Shown: positions 1-9,587 of the stretch, in pieces
Numbering within the stretch: the first letter of the stretch is position 1
Layout: each line of letters starts with the position of its first letter
Origin: Candidatus Thorarchaeota archaeon
Lineage (GTDB): Archaea > Asgardarchaeota > Thorarchaeia > Thorarchaeales > Thorarchaeaceae
NCBI GenBank assembly: GCA_016933575.1
Contig: JAFGAR010000028.1
Span: 160,001 to 224,000 of the forward strand
Length of the DNA: 64,000 nt
Direction of reading: 5' to 3'
Notes under the pieces: generated by a model
What the model saw: only the letters and a program-made list of their open reading frames with translations
What the model was told of the DNA's origin: nothing
The model's database searches: none
Translations under genes and position numbers: made by a program

Positions 1-1
1 A

Positions 2-946
2 GAAGGTCGCCGTATCTTCGTGTACGTTGTAGGTATTCTGCCCTTTGAAGGCCAGTCCAGCGAAGCTTTGAACTCAATATGGGCAGTATCTAAACTGCTT
101 CGGGCTCAACTTCAGGAACGAGGCGCAGACCTGACTATCTTACTTTCAAACCGAACTATGCTGAAGAGGATTCTTCAATGGAGAAAAGGAGATACTGTGG
201 ACTATCTACGAAGAGAACTCGATGTAGATATTGCAGATATTGACTCCATCGAGTCGATGGTACCATCAACCCTCGATGAAGCGAGTGATCTTGAGGCGAG
301 AACAGAACAAGCATTCGTTGAATTGGTGAACCCACTCGCTCTGGATGTTGTTGAGGCAATGCTTTCGCCAGGAGTCTGGGAAAGTCATAAAGATGTATTT
401 CCAACAACCGACCTAGCAGATTATTCACGAAAACTGGACCCAGTAGTGGTACCAGCTCTCTATACTGACATTGGTCTAATCCCTGATGCCGGTAGCATGC
501 CAAAGCAGCTAAGAACAATGATAGACTATGCAGTGAAGGAGTGTTCCTATGCAGACGTTGGAGAAGAACCCAATGCTGAATCTGTCTACTATGTTCTTTC
601 AGGACCGACTCATATTGCTAAAGCTGAGTTTGGTATGCATGTGAAAGAAGCTCTTGACAAATTCATTGCTCCAGGTGCTGCAATCACACCATGTTATGTC
701 CAATATCATGTTCCTGATGCAAAGACAAACCTGCTTTTATTGCTCGGACTTCCGAAGATACCAGAGCTTGTCACTATCATCAATGAAGCAACACAACTGG
801 TCAATCTTCATAGCGGAGCATCTCCACTAAAACAGGGCTGGTTTATGAGATCTAAAGGAACATCTCGAAAGGAACTTGTAGATGCCATTAATGACTTCCG
901 TGAGCTCTTCAGTTATTACATGACTCCTGGAGAGACTATGCAATAA
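2..946 (+). CDS. Tubulin/FtsZ-superfamily GTPase, divergent tubulin-like (5'-truncated by window edge)
   Basis: Frame is open to the window edge. Motifs: YVVGILPFEG..EALNS (T5 region), ADLTILLSN (T6), DLADYSRKLDP (T7 loop, cf. alpha-tubulin DLTEFQTNLVP). C-terminal IPEL..I.E and WF...G....E...A......L.S.Y resemble tubulin H11-H12. Confidence 0.75.
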   Translation, partial: EGRRIFVYVVGILPFEGQSSEALNSIWAVSKLLRAQLQERGADLTILLSNRTMLKRILQWRKGDTVDYLRRELDVDIADIDSIESMVPSTLDEASDLEARTEQAFVELVNPLALDVVEAMLSPGVWESHKDVFPTTDLADYSRKLDPVVVPALYTDIGLIPDAGSMPKQLRTMIDYAVKECSYADVGEEPNAESVYYVLSGPTHIAKAEFGMHVKEALDKFIAPGAAITPCYVQYHVPDAKTNLLLLLGLPKIPELVTIINEATQLVNLHSGASPLKQGWFMRSKGTSRKELVDAINDFRELFSYYMTPGETMQ

Positions 947-960
947 TGGAGTGTGAATAA

Positions 961-2031
961 TTGTCTGATGGTGACTCCTCATCCTTTCAATACGATGACC
1001 TCATTGATAGGCTACTCCTAATTGTAACTCTCAATTCCACATTGATCCATTTCTTGTTGAGTTCTCAAGTTGAAGGATACATTGATCCTGATCGAGTGGA
1101 CTCACTGACCCAAGGATTGGTAAGAACGAGAAAGTGGATGGAAGAAGCCACAACAATGAAAGGTGTACCCCCTTCAACTCAAAATATTTTGAGTCTGATT
1201 GTCAAGCGACTTGCACAAGTTGAGAGTCTGCTACCAAAACTATCAGACAAAGCCAAGTTGGCTGAGAAGACTCCAGCACAGGAGATTCTCTCATTACTTG
1301 ATGGAGCCCAAGTAAAGACGAAGGTCTCTTCAGAAGGTGCGTCACTGGAAGCAAGTTCTGAGACTGAGTTGGTTCCTCTTGTAGGAGCTGAGCCTGCAAA
1401 GACTTTGGAGGCATATAGAAAGGTCGATGTAGAGGACGACCAATTTGGGTTGATTGGCCAGACCCAGCGGCTAATCCAGCAATATTCGCCACGTTGTCAT
1501 ATTTTATTGCCGACCTTTTGGCTTGAAGCACTTCGAGAGATTCACAAATACAGATCTGAATCTCCATACTTTGGAGATGTTATTGAGCTTCCAGCAAGAA
1601 TCATTGTAAAGGTGACAAAAAGCCTTCTCACAGAAGCACCAGGGGCAAGACTGTTACAAGACTTGATGAAGAATCGACAACAAGAGAGCTATCTCAATAG
1701 TTCAGAGATGGAACGTATCGAGCGAGCAGTTGCAAAATACTTCCAAGGTGTTGAAGCAGTTCTAAAAGAAGACACACTGAATGTCAAGGACAAGATTCTT
1801 GAGGCTCAGACTGCATTCGATGGATTTGGATGGGGTGGACCAGAGCTAGAGAAACGCCTGATTAAGCGGATAAATCAAGAATGTGAAGAGTCGCTCCAGA
1901 ATGCTGAATCTGCAACTGATGAAGCAAGACAGGTCATTTATGCTGAAATTACAAAGTTGATGAGTAAACTTCAACACGCAATTCTTGCAGAATCACGACC
2001 TCGTGAAATCCTCTCGCAAATGAAGCCATAG
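961..2031 (+). CDS. Hypothetical alpha-helical protein, probably co-transcribed with the tubulin-like gene
   Basis: 356-aa ORF with TTG start 14 nt after the upstream stop; L/E/K/Q-rich helical composition; no motif recognised. Confidence 0.7.
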   Translation: MSDGDSSSFQYDDLIDRLLLIVTLNSTLIHFLLSSQVEGYIDPDRVDSLTQGLVRTRKWMEEATTMKGVPPSTQNILSLIVKRLAQVESLLPKLSDKAKLAEKTPAQEILSLLDGAQVKTKVSSEGASLEASSETELVPLVGAEPAKTLEAYRKVDVEDDQFGLIGQTQRLIQQYSPRCHILLPTFWLEALREIHKYRSESPYFGDVIELPARIIVKVTKSLLTEAPGARLLQDLMKNRQQESYLNSSEMERIERAVAKYFQGVEAVLKEDTLNVKDKILEAQTAFDGFGWGGPELEKRLIKRINQECEESLQNAESATDEARQVIYAEITKLMSKLQHAILAESRPREILSQMKP

Positions 2032-2119
2032 ATAGTATTTCGATGCCCAGTAGATATGTATAGACGTAGTTGATATAAGGGATTATTACAATTTCAAGTA
2101 AAATCACTGAAGAGGATAA

Positions 2120-3529
2120 ATGATGTCTGGATTAAGAACCATGTTGAATCCTAAGGTGACAGCTGTGGTTGGAGTATCAACATCTAACCCATTTTCACCA
2201 GGGAATGTTATATTTCGAAAACTTGCATTTGAAAATGCACTTCCCACATATCCAATCAATCCGAAAGGCGGCTTTGTAGAAGGAGTGGAGGTCTACAAAT
2301 CAATTACCGAAGCTCCAAATGATATCGAACTTGTGGTAATATCAGTACCTGCAAAATATGTACCTGGAGTCTTGACGGAGTGCGGAGAAAAAGGAATCAA
2401 AGCTGTCATTGTTGTTTCAGGTGGTTTTAGCGAAATTGGCGAAAGTGGCACCCAATTGCAATCTGAAATAGTTGAGATTGCTAATAAATTCAAGATCTCA
2501 ATGGTCGGTCCAAACTGCATTGGGGTCTATGTACCAGACCTCCTTGATACTTTCTTTCTACCTTCAGAACGAGTTGCAAGATCAAGAAGAGGACATGCTG
2601 CGATTATTTCACAAAGCGGAGGCTGGCTAATAGAGAGATTAGAAGAGTTCGCAGATAGAAGGGTTGGTATTGCAGCAGCAGTCTCAATTGGGAATGCTGC
2701 ACAGATTAAGGTAGCAGATTTTATTGAGCATTTTGGTAACGATAAAAATGTCAATGTCATTCTTTGTTATATTGAAGGTTTTGGACCAAATGAAGGACGT
2801 TATTTTGTTGAAGTCTGCTCTAAAATTGCACTGAAGAAACCAGTCGTTGTTCTAAAGGGAGGAGAATCGGAAGCTGGACACAGGGCGACACAGAGTCATA
2901 CATCCTCGTTAGCTGGAGATCAAGCTATTGCAAAAGCAGCCTTCAATCAGTACGGTGTAATCCATGCATTAGACGAAGATGAGGTCATGGCTTATGCTAA
3001 GATATTCTCCTTTACGCCCAAGTATATGAAGACAAATAGAATTGGTACACTCTCTGTCAGTGGTGGTCATGGTGTCATTGCAAGTGATGAAGCCTCAGCA
3101 TATGGTCTTGAATTCCCACCCTTCTCAGAAGAAGAACAGAGGGCAATGAGGGAGGTCATGACACCTGCATATCAAAACATTGCGTCTTTCAGAAATCCAT
3201 GTGACTTGACAGGTAGTGCCTCGGATATTGATTATGAGAACGTCCTTGATATCATGCTGACGTTTAATTCCATTGATGCGGGTCTCTTACTATTGCTTCC
3301 ATACGCACCTGGAATCTCTTTGCAGATTGGTGCACGAGTGGCAAATGTGTCTAAACGCCACGATAAGGCAGTGGTAGCCTATGTACCTGACCTTGAAAAA
3401 TATGAAGTAATTATTAGGGGCTTTGAACTGAACGGAATTGCGGTTGCAGATACCATCGAAGAAGCAGTTCAAATGCTAAATGGTATTAGGAGAAGGACTA
3501 GGTATTTTCAGCGGATTGGCGTAATTTAG
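2120..3529 (+). CDS. acdA: ADP-forming acetyl/acyl-CoA synthetase alpha subunit
   Basis: CoA-binding N-domain (AVVGVS..PG, YPINPK), GPNCIG, SQSGG, phospho-His motif SHTSSLAG, SGGHGV, NPCDLTG. Confidence 0.9.
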   Translation: MMSGLRTMLNPKVTAVVGVSTSNPFSPGNVIFRKLAFENALPTYPINPKGGFVEGVEVYKSITEAPNDIELVVISVPAKYVPGVLTECGEKGIKAVIVVSGGFSEIGESGTQLQSEIVEIANKFKISMVGPNCIGVYVPDLLDTFFLPSERVARSRRGHAAIISQSGGWLIERLEEFADRRVGIAAAVSIGNAAQIKVADFIEHFGNDKNVNVILCYIEGFGPNEGRYFVEVCSKIALKKPVVVLKGGESEAGHRATQSHTSSLAGDQAIAKAAFNQYGVIHALDEDEVMAYAKIFSFTPKYMKTNRIGTLSVSGGHGVIASDEASAYGLEFPPFSEEEQRAMREVMTPAYQNIASFRNPCDLTGSASDIDYENVLDIMLTFNSIDAGLLLLLPYAPGISLQIGARVANVSKRHDKAVVAYVPDLEKYEVIIRGFELNGIAVADTIEEAVQMLNGIRRRTRYFQRIGVI

Positions 3530-4659
3530 GTCCCACTAGCAACTCTTTTGTAATCAATATCAAGGGATTGGAGAGCTTCAACCAGTTTACCTTTCAATAT
3601 GAGTTGTCTTGAGGAGAAGTCTGTAACTGATGAACAACCAGTCAGATACATAGCTGCCTTCAGCCCATCCAGTATCTTTTCAATTTCTACAACAACATCC
3701 AAGCTAGAGCCATAGACAGCAGGTCGTAAGAGTGGAAGAGCTACACCAGCTGAGATTGCTCCAAGACTGAGTGCTTTTGCAATATCAAGACCGGATCGAA
3801 TCCCACCAGTGGCTATTACATCAAGTTCAGTAGAATCTAAGACCATGATAATGCTTAATGCAGTAGGAATACCCCAATCCCAGAATTCAAGCCCAAGCTG
3901 TGCTTTCACCTCATCCGACTCTCGAAGCGCTCTGAAATATTCAACACCAGCCCAGCTAGTGCCACCGACTCCCCCAACATCGACGCCATCTACTCCAATT
4001 TCTTCAAGACTACGTGCCACCTCAGATGATATCCCTGCACCTGTTTCTTTCACAATCACTGGAACATCAACAGCATCAACGATAGCAGCAATTCCTTCAA
4101 GAAATCCTTCCGAGTTGCAATCGCCTTCTGGTTGGATTGCCTCCTGCAGAGGATTCAGATGAACAGCAAGAATATCTGCTTCAATCATGGAAACTGCATC
4201 CTCAGCGAGATCAACATGAGTTGCGCCGATATTTGCTATTACAGGAACCGAAGGAGCACGTTCTCTCACAATTGTAAAAGTGTCAGCAAGATCAGGATTT
4301 TCAATACCAGACCGTTGACTTCCCACTCCAATGGGAATACCTAGTTCTTCAGCTGCTATTGCTAGTTTTTCATTTATTGAGAGAGTACGAGGATGACCGC
4401 CAGTCATCGCTGCAATAACAAGTGGAGCATTCGCCCTAAGACCGAAGAAAATGGATGTTAGATTGATTTTCTCCATATCGATTTCAGGAAGTGCATTATG
4501 AACGAATTCAATATCCTCAAACATTGTAGTTTTCCGACATTGAACGTCTTCCTCCAGACAGATCTCGATGTGTTCAATCTTCCTGCGTTTAGTCAGAGAA
4601 GCTTCAGTTATATCAGTATCAGATTCATCAAGATCATCAGGTTTGTTGTGGACCATCAA
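3526..4659 (-). CDS. fni: Type 2 (FMN-dependent) isopentenyl-diphosphate delta-isomerase
   Basis: RKIEHI, AMTGG, GVGSQR, HLNPLQE..QPEGD, VIVKETGAG, GGTSW, WGIPT, TGGIRSG. Confidence 0.95.
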   Translation of the reverse strand: MMVHNKPDDLDESDTDITEASLTKRRKIEHIEICLEEDVQCRKTTMFEDIEFVHNALPEIDMEKINLTSIFFGLRANAPLVIAAMTGGHPRTLSINEKLAIAAEELGIPIGVGSQRSGIENPDLADTFTIVRERAPSVPVIANIGATHVDLAEDAVSMIEADILAVHLNPLQEAIQPEGDCNSEGFLEGIAAIVDAVDVPVIVKETGAGISSEVARSLEEIGVDGVDVGGVGGTSWAGVEYFRALRESDEVKAQLGLEFWDWGIPTALSIIMVLDSTELDVIATGGIRSGLDIAKALSLGAISAGVALPLLRPAVYGSSLDVVVEIEKILDGLKAAMYLTGCSSVTDFSSRQLILKGKLVEALQSLDIDYKRVASGT

Positions 4660-4802
4660 TCTTCCTCCATGGGTAGAAGATAAGATGCCATTAATGCAGA
4701 TAGAAGTTGCGGTTCATATCAAGAATGAGTCACTCCATGTAAGCTTGCGTGATAGGAAGCTTTTATTCAGACTTGACGAATGAATCTGACAACGTGGCGA
4801 AA

Positions 4803-5345
4803 ATGGCAGACGAAGAGAAATTTCGAATAGAAGAACCTGAAGAAGAAAAGGAAGAGAAAAAGGGTCTCTTCAGACCACTACCAAAGACAGAACAGACTTT
4901 CAAGAGCTCAGGTGGGAAACGCCCACAACCTGTTGTAAAACTACTAGGATTCTCAATGTATGAGAAGAATAGAGATCTCCTCTTGCTCATTCTAATACCC
5001 ATTCTTAGCGCACTTATTAACACTTCAATATACTCCTTTGTTGTCGTAAGTATTTTTGAAAATGATGCTATGTTCCTATTCTTCATGCCTGCCATAGCAG
5101 CTATACCAATTGGTCTTGTAGTATCAGAAACAGGGAAGGCACTAATTGGAGGCTTTTTGAGTGCATTCTTTTTCTTTGTATTCTTTGTACTCTTTCTCAC
5201 TTCTCCAGCTCTTATGGTACCGCAACTTGGATTAGGGAATTTTCTAGTTAGTGGAATCACATTGACTGTCGGGTATTTCATTTTCGTAACAGTAGCAAGC
5301 CTACTTGGAGCAGTAATTGGCACAATTGTCAGGGAATTTGGTTAG
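4803..5345 (+). CDS. Hypothetical membrane protein (4 TM, charged N-terminus)
   Basis: Four hydrophobic segments; ATG at 4803 preferred over the ORF-track GTG at 4749. Confidence 0.7.
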   Translation: MADEEKFRIEEPEEEKEEKKGLFRPLPKTEQTFKSSGGKRPQPVVKLLGFSMYEKNRDLLLLILIPILSALINTSIYSFVVVSIFENDAMFLFFMPAIAAIPIGLVVSETGKALIGGFLSAFFFFVFFVLFLTSPALMVPQLGLGNFLVSGITLTVGYFIFVTVASLLGAVIGTIVREFG

Positions 5346-5450
5346 AGGTAGATTTGTTACGACCATCTCCCAGAGTGCAATAGAGCCATTCAGGAGGCTG
5401 TTTCCGAGATGAGGAGATTTTATTAGGGGAGTTCTTAACGCGACGTTCGC

Positions 5451-6056
5451 ATGAAGAGGATAGGCGTCCTAATCAGCGGGAGAGGTACAAATCTTCAAGC
5501 ACTTATTGATGCTGGATGCCGCGGGGATCTAGGTGGAAAAATCGTAGTTGTCATTAGCAACAAAAACAATGCACTTGGCGTGGAACGTGCAAGAAGAGCT
5601 GGAATACAAGTTGAAATAATTACTAAACGCATGTTTCCAGATCGAATTGAGTTTGATAAAGCTCTTATCAAGATATTAAACGAACAGAGAGTAGATTTGG
5701 TTGTCCTTGCAGGTTACATGAGAATGTTCACTGAACAATTCATCACCGAGTTTTCTTCACGGATAATAAATGTGCATCCTTCACTACTGCCCTCGTTTAA
5801 AGGAGTAAAGGCACAATGGCAGGCTGTCGAATATGGAACCCGCGTGTCTGGGTGCACAACACACTTCGTTACGCTGGAAATGGATTCAGGACCTATAATT
5901 CTTCAACGAGCGATTCCAGTGTTTTTTGATGATGATGGAGAAACATTGTCTAATAGAATCTTACCAGAAGAACATAGAATATTGGTGAAGAGTGTAAGGC
6001 TGTTTTGTGAAGACAAATTGAGAATAGAGGGCGAAAGGGTTCTCATATTGGAGTAG
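5451..6056 (+). CDS. purN: Phosphoribosylglycinamide formyltransferase
   Basis: ISGRGTNLQA, LAGYMR, NVHPSLLP, GCTTHFV, DSGPII. Confidence 0.97.
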   Translation: MKRIGVLISGRGTNLQALIDAGCRGDLGGKIVVVISNKNNALGVERARRAGIQVEIITKRMFPDRIEFDKALIKILNEQRVDLVVLAGYMRMFTEQFITEFSSRIINVHPSLLPSFKGVKAQWQAVEYGTRVSGCTTHFVTLEMDSGPIILQRAIPVFFDDDGETLSNRILPEEHRILVKSVRLFCEDKLRIEGERVLILE

Positions 6057-6065
6057 TGGTCAATA

Positions 6066-7466
6066 ATGTGTGGTGTGTTAGGAATATTGGGCAATTATCC
6101 TCTTACAATGGCGAGAGGCTTACTTCTCTTGCTTGCCCATAGAGGACAGGATGCGTCAGGACTTCTTTGGGTAGTCGGTAATGAGGCAACTTCTAGTAAA
6201 TCAATAGGGAATCCGGATCGCATCTTTGTACCGGAAATTGCTTCAAGCCAAATCTTGGGTAGCACACGATACCCGACAACTGGGAAACGTGTTGCTTCTG
6301 AGGAGGACTTGGATACCTTTGTTGGTCCGTTCAATGTAGGAGACCTTTCACTAACACATAATGGAAACATCACAAACATGCATTCCATTAGCAACCTGAA
6401 GTTTGATTGCGATACTGAATTCATTGCAGTAAAATTAACGCAAAATCTCACTGAAAACAATGGTAACCTACCCAGTGCATTCTCAGCTCTGCAATCAGAG
6501 GTAGATGGAGCATTCAGTCTTGTGGGAGTTTACAGAGGGAAACTCTTTGCCTACCGAGATAGTCATGGTTTCAAACCACTTGTGTTCGGTCGTAGCAAAC
6601 AGAAGACAATAGTAGCATCAGAATCCACCGTTCTAGACATGGCAGGAGTTCCTCTTGAGAGAGATGTCTATCCCGGAGAGCTGTTAATATTTGGAGATGG
6701 CGGAACCATGGAATCATATTCCATCTCCCAGAGCCTGACACATTCGCACTGTTTCTTTGAATACGTATACTTCGCACATCCAGCTGCGACCTTAGAGAAC
6801 CAATTAGTATATGATGTAAGATTCCGACTTGGTAGAGTCTTGGCTCAGACTTTCCTTAAGATGAACCTAGAACGACCGGATTATGTAGTTCCGGTTCCAG
6901 ATACAAGTCGACCTGCGGCACAAGCCATGGCAGAAACACTCTCAGTTCCAATGAGAGAGATCATCTTGAAGAATCGATACTTGGGGCGAACTTTCATAGT
7001 GCGCTCTCAAGAGGAAAGAGATGCCATGGCTAGAAGCAAATATCTCTATTTGGATGATAAGATTCGAGGAAAGATCATTCTCGTTGTTGATGATAGTATT
7101 GTCCGAGGTACCACTGCAAAGATGATTGTTGCAGATCTAAAGAAACGCGGAGCAGCGAAGGTGTATTTTGCTGTCACATGTCCTCCGCAGACGCACCCCT
7201 GCTATTATGGGATTGATATCTCAACAGATACTGAACTTATTGCGTCAACAACAGAAATTGAAGCAATTGCAGAGTATATTGAAGCTGATGCACTCATCTA
7301 TCAAGAAGAGCATACTCTATCAAATGCTATTGGACTCAAGGACCTTTGTCTTGCATGCCTTAATGGAGAATATCCGACAGAACATGCGCGTAGGATTAGA
7401 GAAGAGTTGCAGGAACAAGGCGCATCATCTATTGAGCGCGATTATGAGAGGGATTTCTCAAAATGA
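6066..7466 (+). CDS. purF: Amidophosphoribosyltransferase
   Basis: N-terminal MCG, HRGQD, HNGNI, CFFEYVYFA, PVPDT, VDDSIVRGTT, CYYGID, CLAC. Confidence 0.97.
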   Translation: MCGVLGILGNYPLTMARGLLLLLAHRGQDASGLLWVVGNEATSSKSIGNPDRIFVPEIASSQILGSTRYPTTGKRVASEEDLDTFVGPFNVGDLSLTHNGNITNMHSISNLKFDCDTEFIAVKLTQNLTENNGNLPSAFSALQSEVDGAFSLVGVYRGKLFAYRDSHGFKPLVFGRSKQKTIVASESTVLDMAGVPLERDVYPGELLIFGDGGTMESYSISQSLTHSHCFFEYVYFAHPAATLENQLVYDVRFRLGRVLAQTFLKMNLERPDYVVPVPDTSRPAAQAMAETLSVPMREIILKNRYLGRTFIVRSQEERDAMARSKYLYLDDKIRGKIILVVDDSIVRGTTAKMIVADLKKRGAAKVYFAVTCPPQTHPCYYGIDISTDTELIASTTEIEAIAEYIEADALIYQEEHTLSNAIGLKDLCLACLNGEYPTEHARRIREELQEQGASSIERDYERDFSK

Positions 7467-8416
7467 AGATTGGTACGCTTGCAAGTCATAGTGCTCTTAA
7501 CATTATCACTGGAGCAAAAGCTGAGGGTTTTGAAACTGCATTGTATTGCACTCCAGATAGAATACCTTTCTACAAATCGTTTGGCCTTGGTGATTCTATT
7601 ATTGAGTTAGAATCATTTGATGAGCTGCTTGAGCTGGATCTCTCAGATGTTATCATCATCCCTCATGGTTCATTTGTGGCATATATTGGAGCAGATAGAA
7701 TTCTCAAATCGGACCTCCAAATATTTGGCAACAAAGAACTGCTAAAATGGGAAGAGGATAGAAACTTAAAATCGCAGATGATGATTGAAGCAGGTTTGAA
7801 TGTTCCACGTGAGTATAAACACTTGGATGAGATAGATAGTCCAGTTATAGTGAAAACGCATGGAGCAGCAGGTGGAGAAGGTTATTTCATTGCTGCAAAT
7901 AAAAAGGAGATCGAAGAGAATCTAGACCCGAGCAAAAAATACTCTTTCCAAGAATATATCGTTGGTACAAAGATCTTTACAACTTATTTCAATTCGATTG
8001 CTCAAGATAGACTAGAGATCTTTGGAGCAGATATCAGATACGAAACAGATGCTGATGCAAACCTAAGGTTCGATGATAGACCATCCTTTATTGTGATTGG
8101 CAACCTCCCCGTTGTTCTTCGTGAGTCAACGCTTGCTCAATACTTTGACATGGGTGTGGGATTTGTCAATGCTTTCCAAAAACTAGTAGGACAGAAACTT
8201 GTGGGTCCATTCTGTATTGAAACCATTATTGATAGAAATCAGAAGATCTACTCTTTCGAGTTCAGTGGTCGTATCGTTGCTGGGACAAATGTCTGGATGC
8301 CAACATCACCATATTCCTTTACTCTCTTTGGAGAACAGATGTGGATGGGTAGAAGAATAGCTCTCGAAATAAAGCAATTGATGGCTTCGAGTATGTTAGA
8401 TGAGGTGTTGAGGTGA
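7463..8416 (+). CDS. purP: 5-formaminoimidazole-4-carboxamide ribonucleotide synthetase (formate-dependent, ATP-grasp)
   Basis: ASHSAL, IPHGSFVAY, GG.GYF, GN.PVVLRES, GPFCIE, FEFSGRIVAGTN, MGRRIA. Confidence 0.9.
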   Translation: MKIGTLASHSALNIITGAKAEGFETALYCTPDRIPFYKSFGLGDSIIELESFDELLELDLSDVIIIPHGSFVAYIGADRILKSDLQIFGNKELLKWEEDRNLKSQMMIEAGLNVPREYKHLDEIDSPVIVKTHGAAGGEGYFIAANKKEIEENLDPSKKYSFQEYIVGTKIFTTYFNSIAQDRLEIFGADIRYETDADANLRFDDRPSFIVIGNLPVVLRESTLAQYFDMGVGFVNAFQKLVGQKLVGPFCIETIIDRNQKIYSFEFSGRIVAGTNVWMPTSPYSFTLFGEQMWMGRRIALEIKQLMASSMLDEVLR

Positions 8417-8510
8417 TTTTGTTGAATCTTGATATTGAGCGCAAGACTTACAAACGGGGCAAGCTTGAAGACCATAAAGGGAGAACTTTGATTCTACTTT
8501 TGGAGGTTGG

Positions 8511-9587
8511 ATGATGAGGCTTCCAACTATTGGTATGCTGGGTTCTCATAGCGCAGAGGAGATAGGTGTTTCAGCAAAAGCCAATGGATTTCAGACAGTC
8601 GTGGTATGTCAAAAAGGACGTGACAAACTCTATACAAAGTACAACAAGCATCTGTTCGACGAAGTGATTCTCTTAGATAATTTCAGAGATATGATTGAAG
8701 AGGAAACTCAGGAAAGGCTTCGTGAACTGGATACACTATGGATTCCTAATCGCTCATTTTCAGTGTATGTTGGATATGAAAAAATTGAGAGAGACTTCAA
8801 AATACCAATGTACGGAAACAGGAATATGCTGAGAGTAGAGGAGAGAGGACTTGAGAGGGATCAATACTGGTTACTAAAAGAATCAGGAATAAGAATCCCC
8901 AAGGCGTTCCGTCCAGACACGATAGATAGATTGGCAATTATCAAAGTACAACAAAAAGGGTTACCTCTTGAAAGAGCATTTTTCTACGCCAACTCTCCTG
9001 CTGATTATGATAAGACAAGTAAGGCTATGATTAAGCAGGGACTGATTTCCGAGAGGGATTTAGAAGAAGCAACCATTGAGGAGTTTGTAATAGCTCCTAG
9101 ATTCAATGCTAACTTTCAAGCGTACGCAATGAATGATTATTTTGGAGACCTTGATCTCGTAGGTTTTGATGACAGAGTACAAACAAGTCTTGGAGGTCTC
9201 TTGAACTTGCCAGCTAGTGAACAGCTTAAACTGGATATCACAGTGATGAATGAAGAAGTTGGACATAAGGGAGTGACCATGCGAGAATCAAAGAAACCAC
9301 TGGTATACGACGCTGCTGAGAAATTATTGGCAGGTGTTGCAAAGAATTTCCCACCTCGAATGTTGGGACTTTTCTCACTGCAAGGGGCAATCACAGAAGA
9401 TTCAGAATTCGTTGTTTTTGATTTGAGCCCAAGAGTTCCTGGAGCCCCTTGCATAGGACCTACAAGCCCTGAGATGAGAAGATTGTCCTTGAAGTTTAGA
9501 AAGGACGTTCATTCACCATTGGACCTGTGCATGTTTGATATTATGAAAGCTGCCGAGGAGGAAAGGCTCTCTGAGGCATCAACGTAA
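8511..9587 (+). CDS. PurP-like ATP-grasp paralogue
   Basis: GSHSA, PNRSFSVYVG, ERAFF, EVGH..VTMRES, FDLSPRVPG. Confidence 0.85.
   Translation: MMRLPTIGMLGSHSAEEIGVSAKANGFQTVVVCQKGRDKLYTKYNKHLFDEVILLDNFRDMIEEETQERLRELDTLWIPNRSFSVYVGYEKIERDFKIPMYGNRNMLRVEERGLERDQYWLLKESGIRIPKAFRPDTIDRLAIIKVQQKGLPLERAFFYANSPADYDKTSKAMIKQGLISERDLEEATIEEFVIAPRFNANFQAYAMNDYFGDLDLVGFDDRVQTSLGGLLNLPASEQLKLDITVMNEEVGHKGVTMRESKKPLVYDAAEKLLAGVAKNFPPRMLGLFSLQGAITEDSEFVVFDLSPRVPGAPCIGPTSPEMRRLSLKFRKDVHSPLDLCMFDIMKAAEEERLSEAST

Noticed and set aside
5360-5450. Purine/ZTP/PRPP riboswitch before purN (CATCTC/GAGATG stem)
   Set aside because: No riboswitch consensus; a TTTATTA box lies downstream of the stem about 27 nt before the ATG, implying a near-leaderless purN transcript
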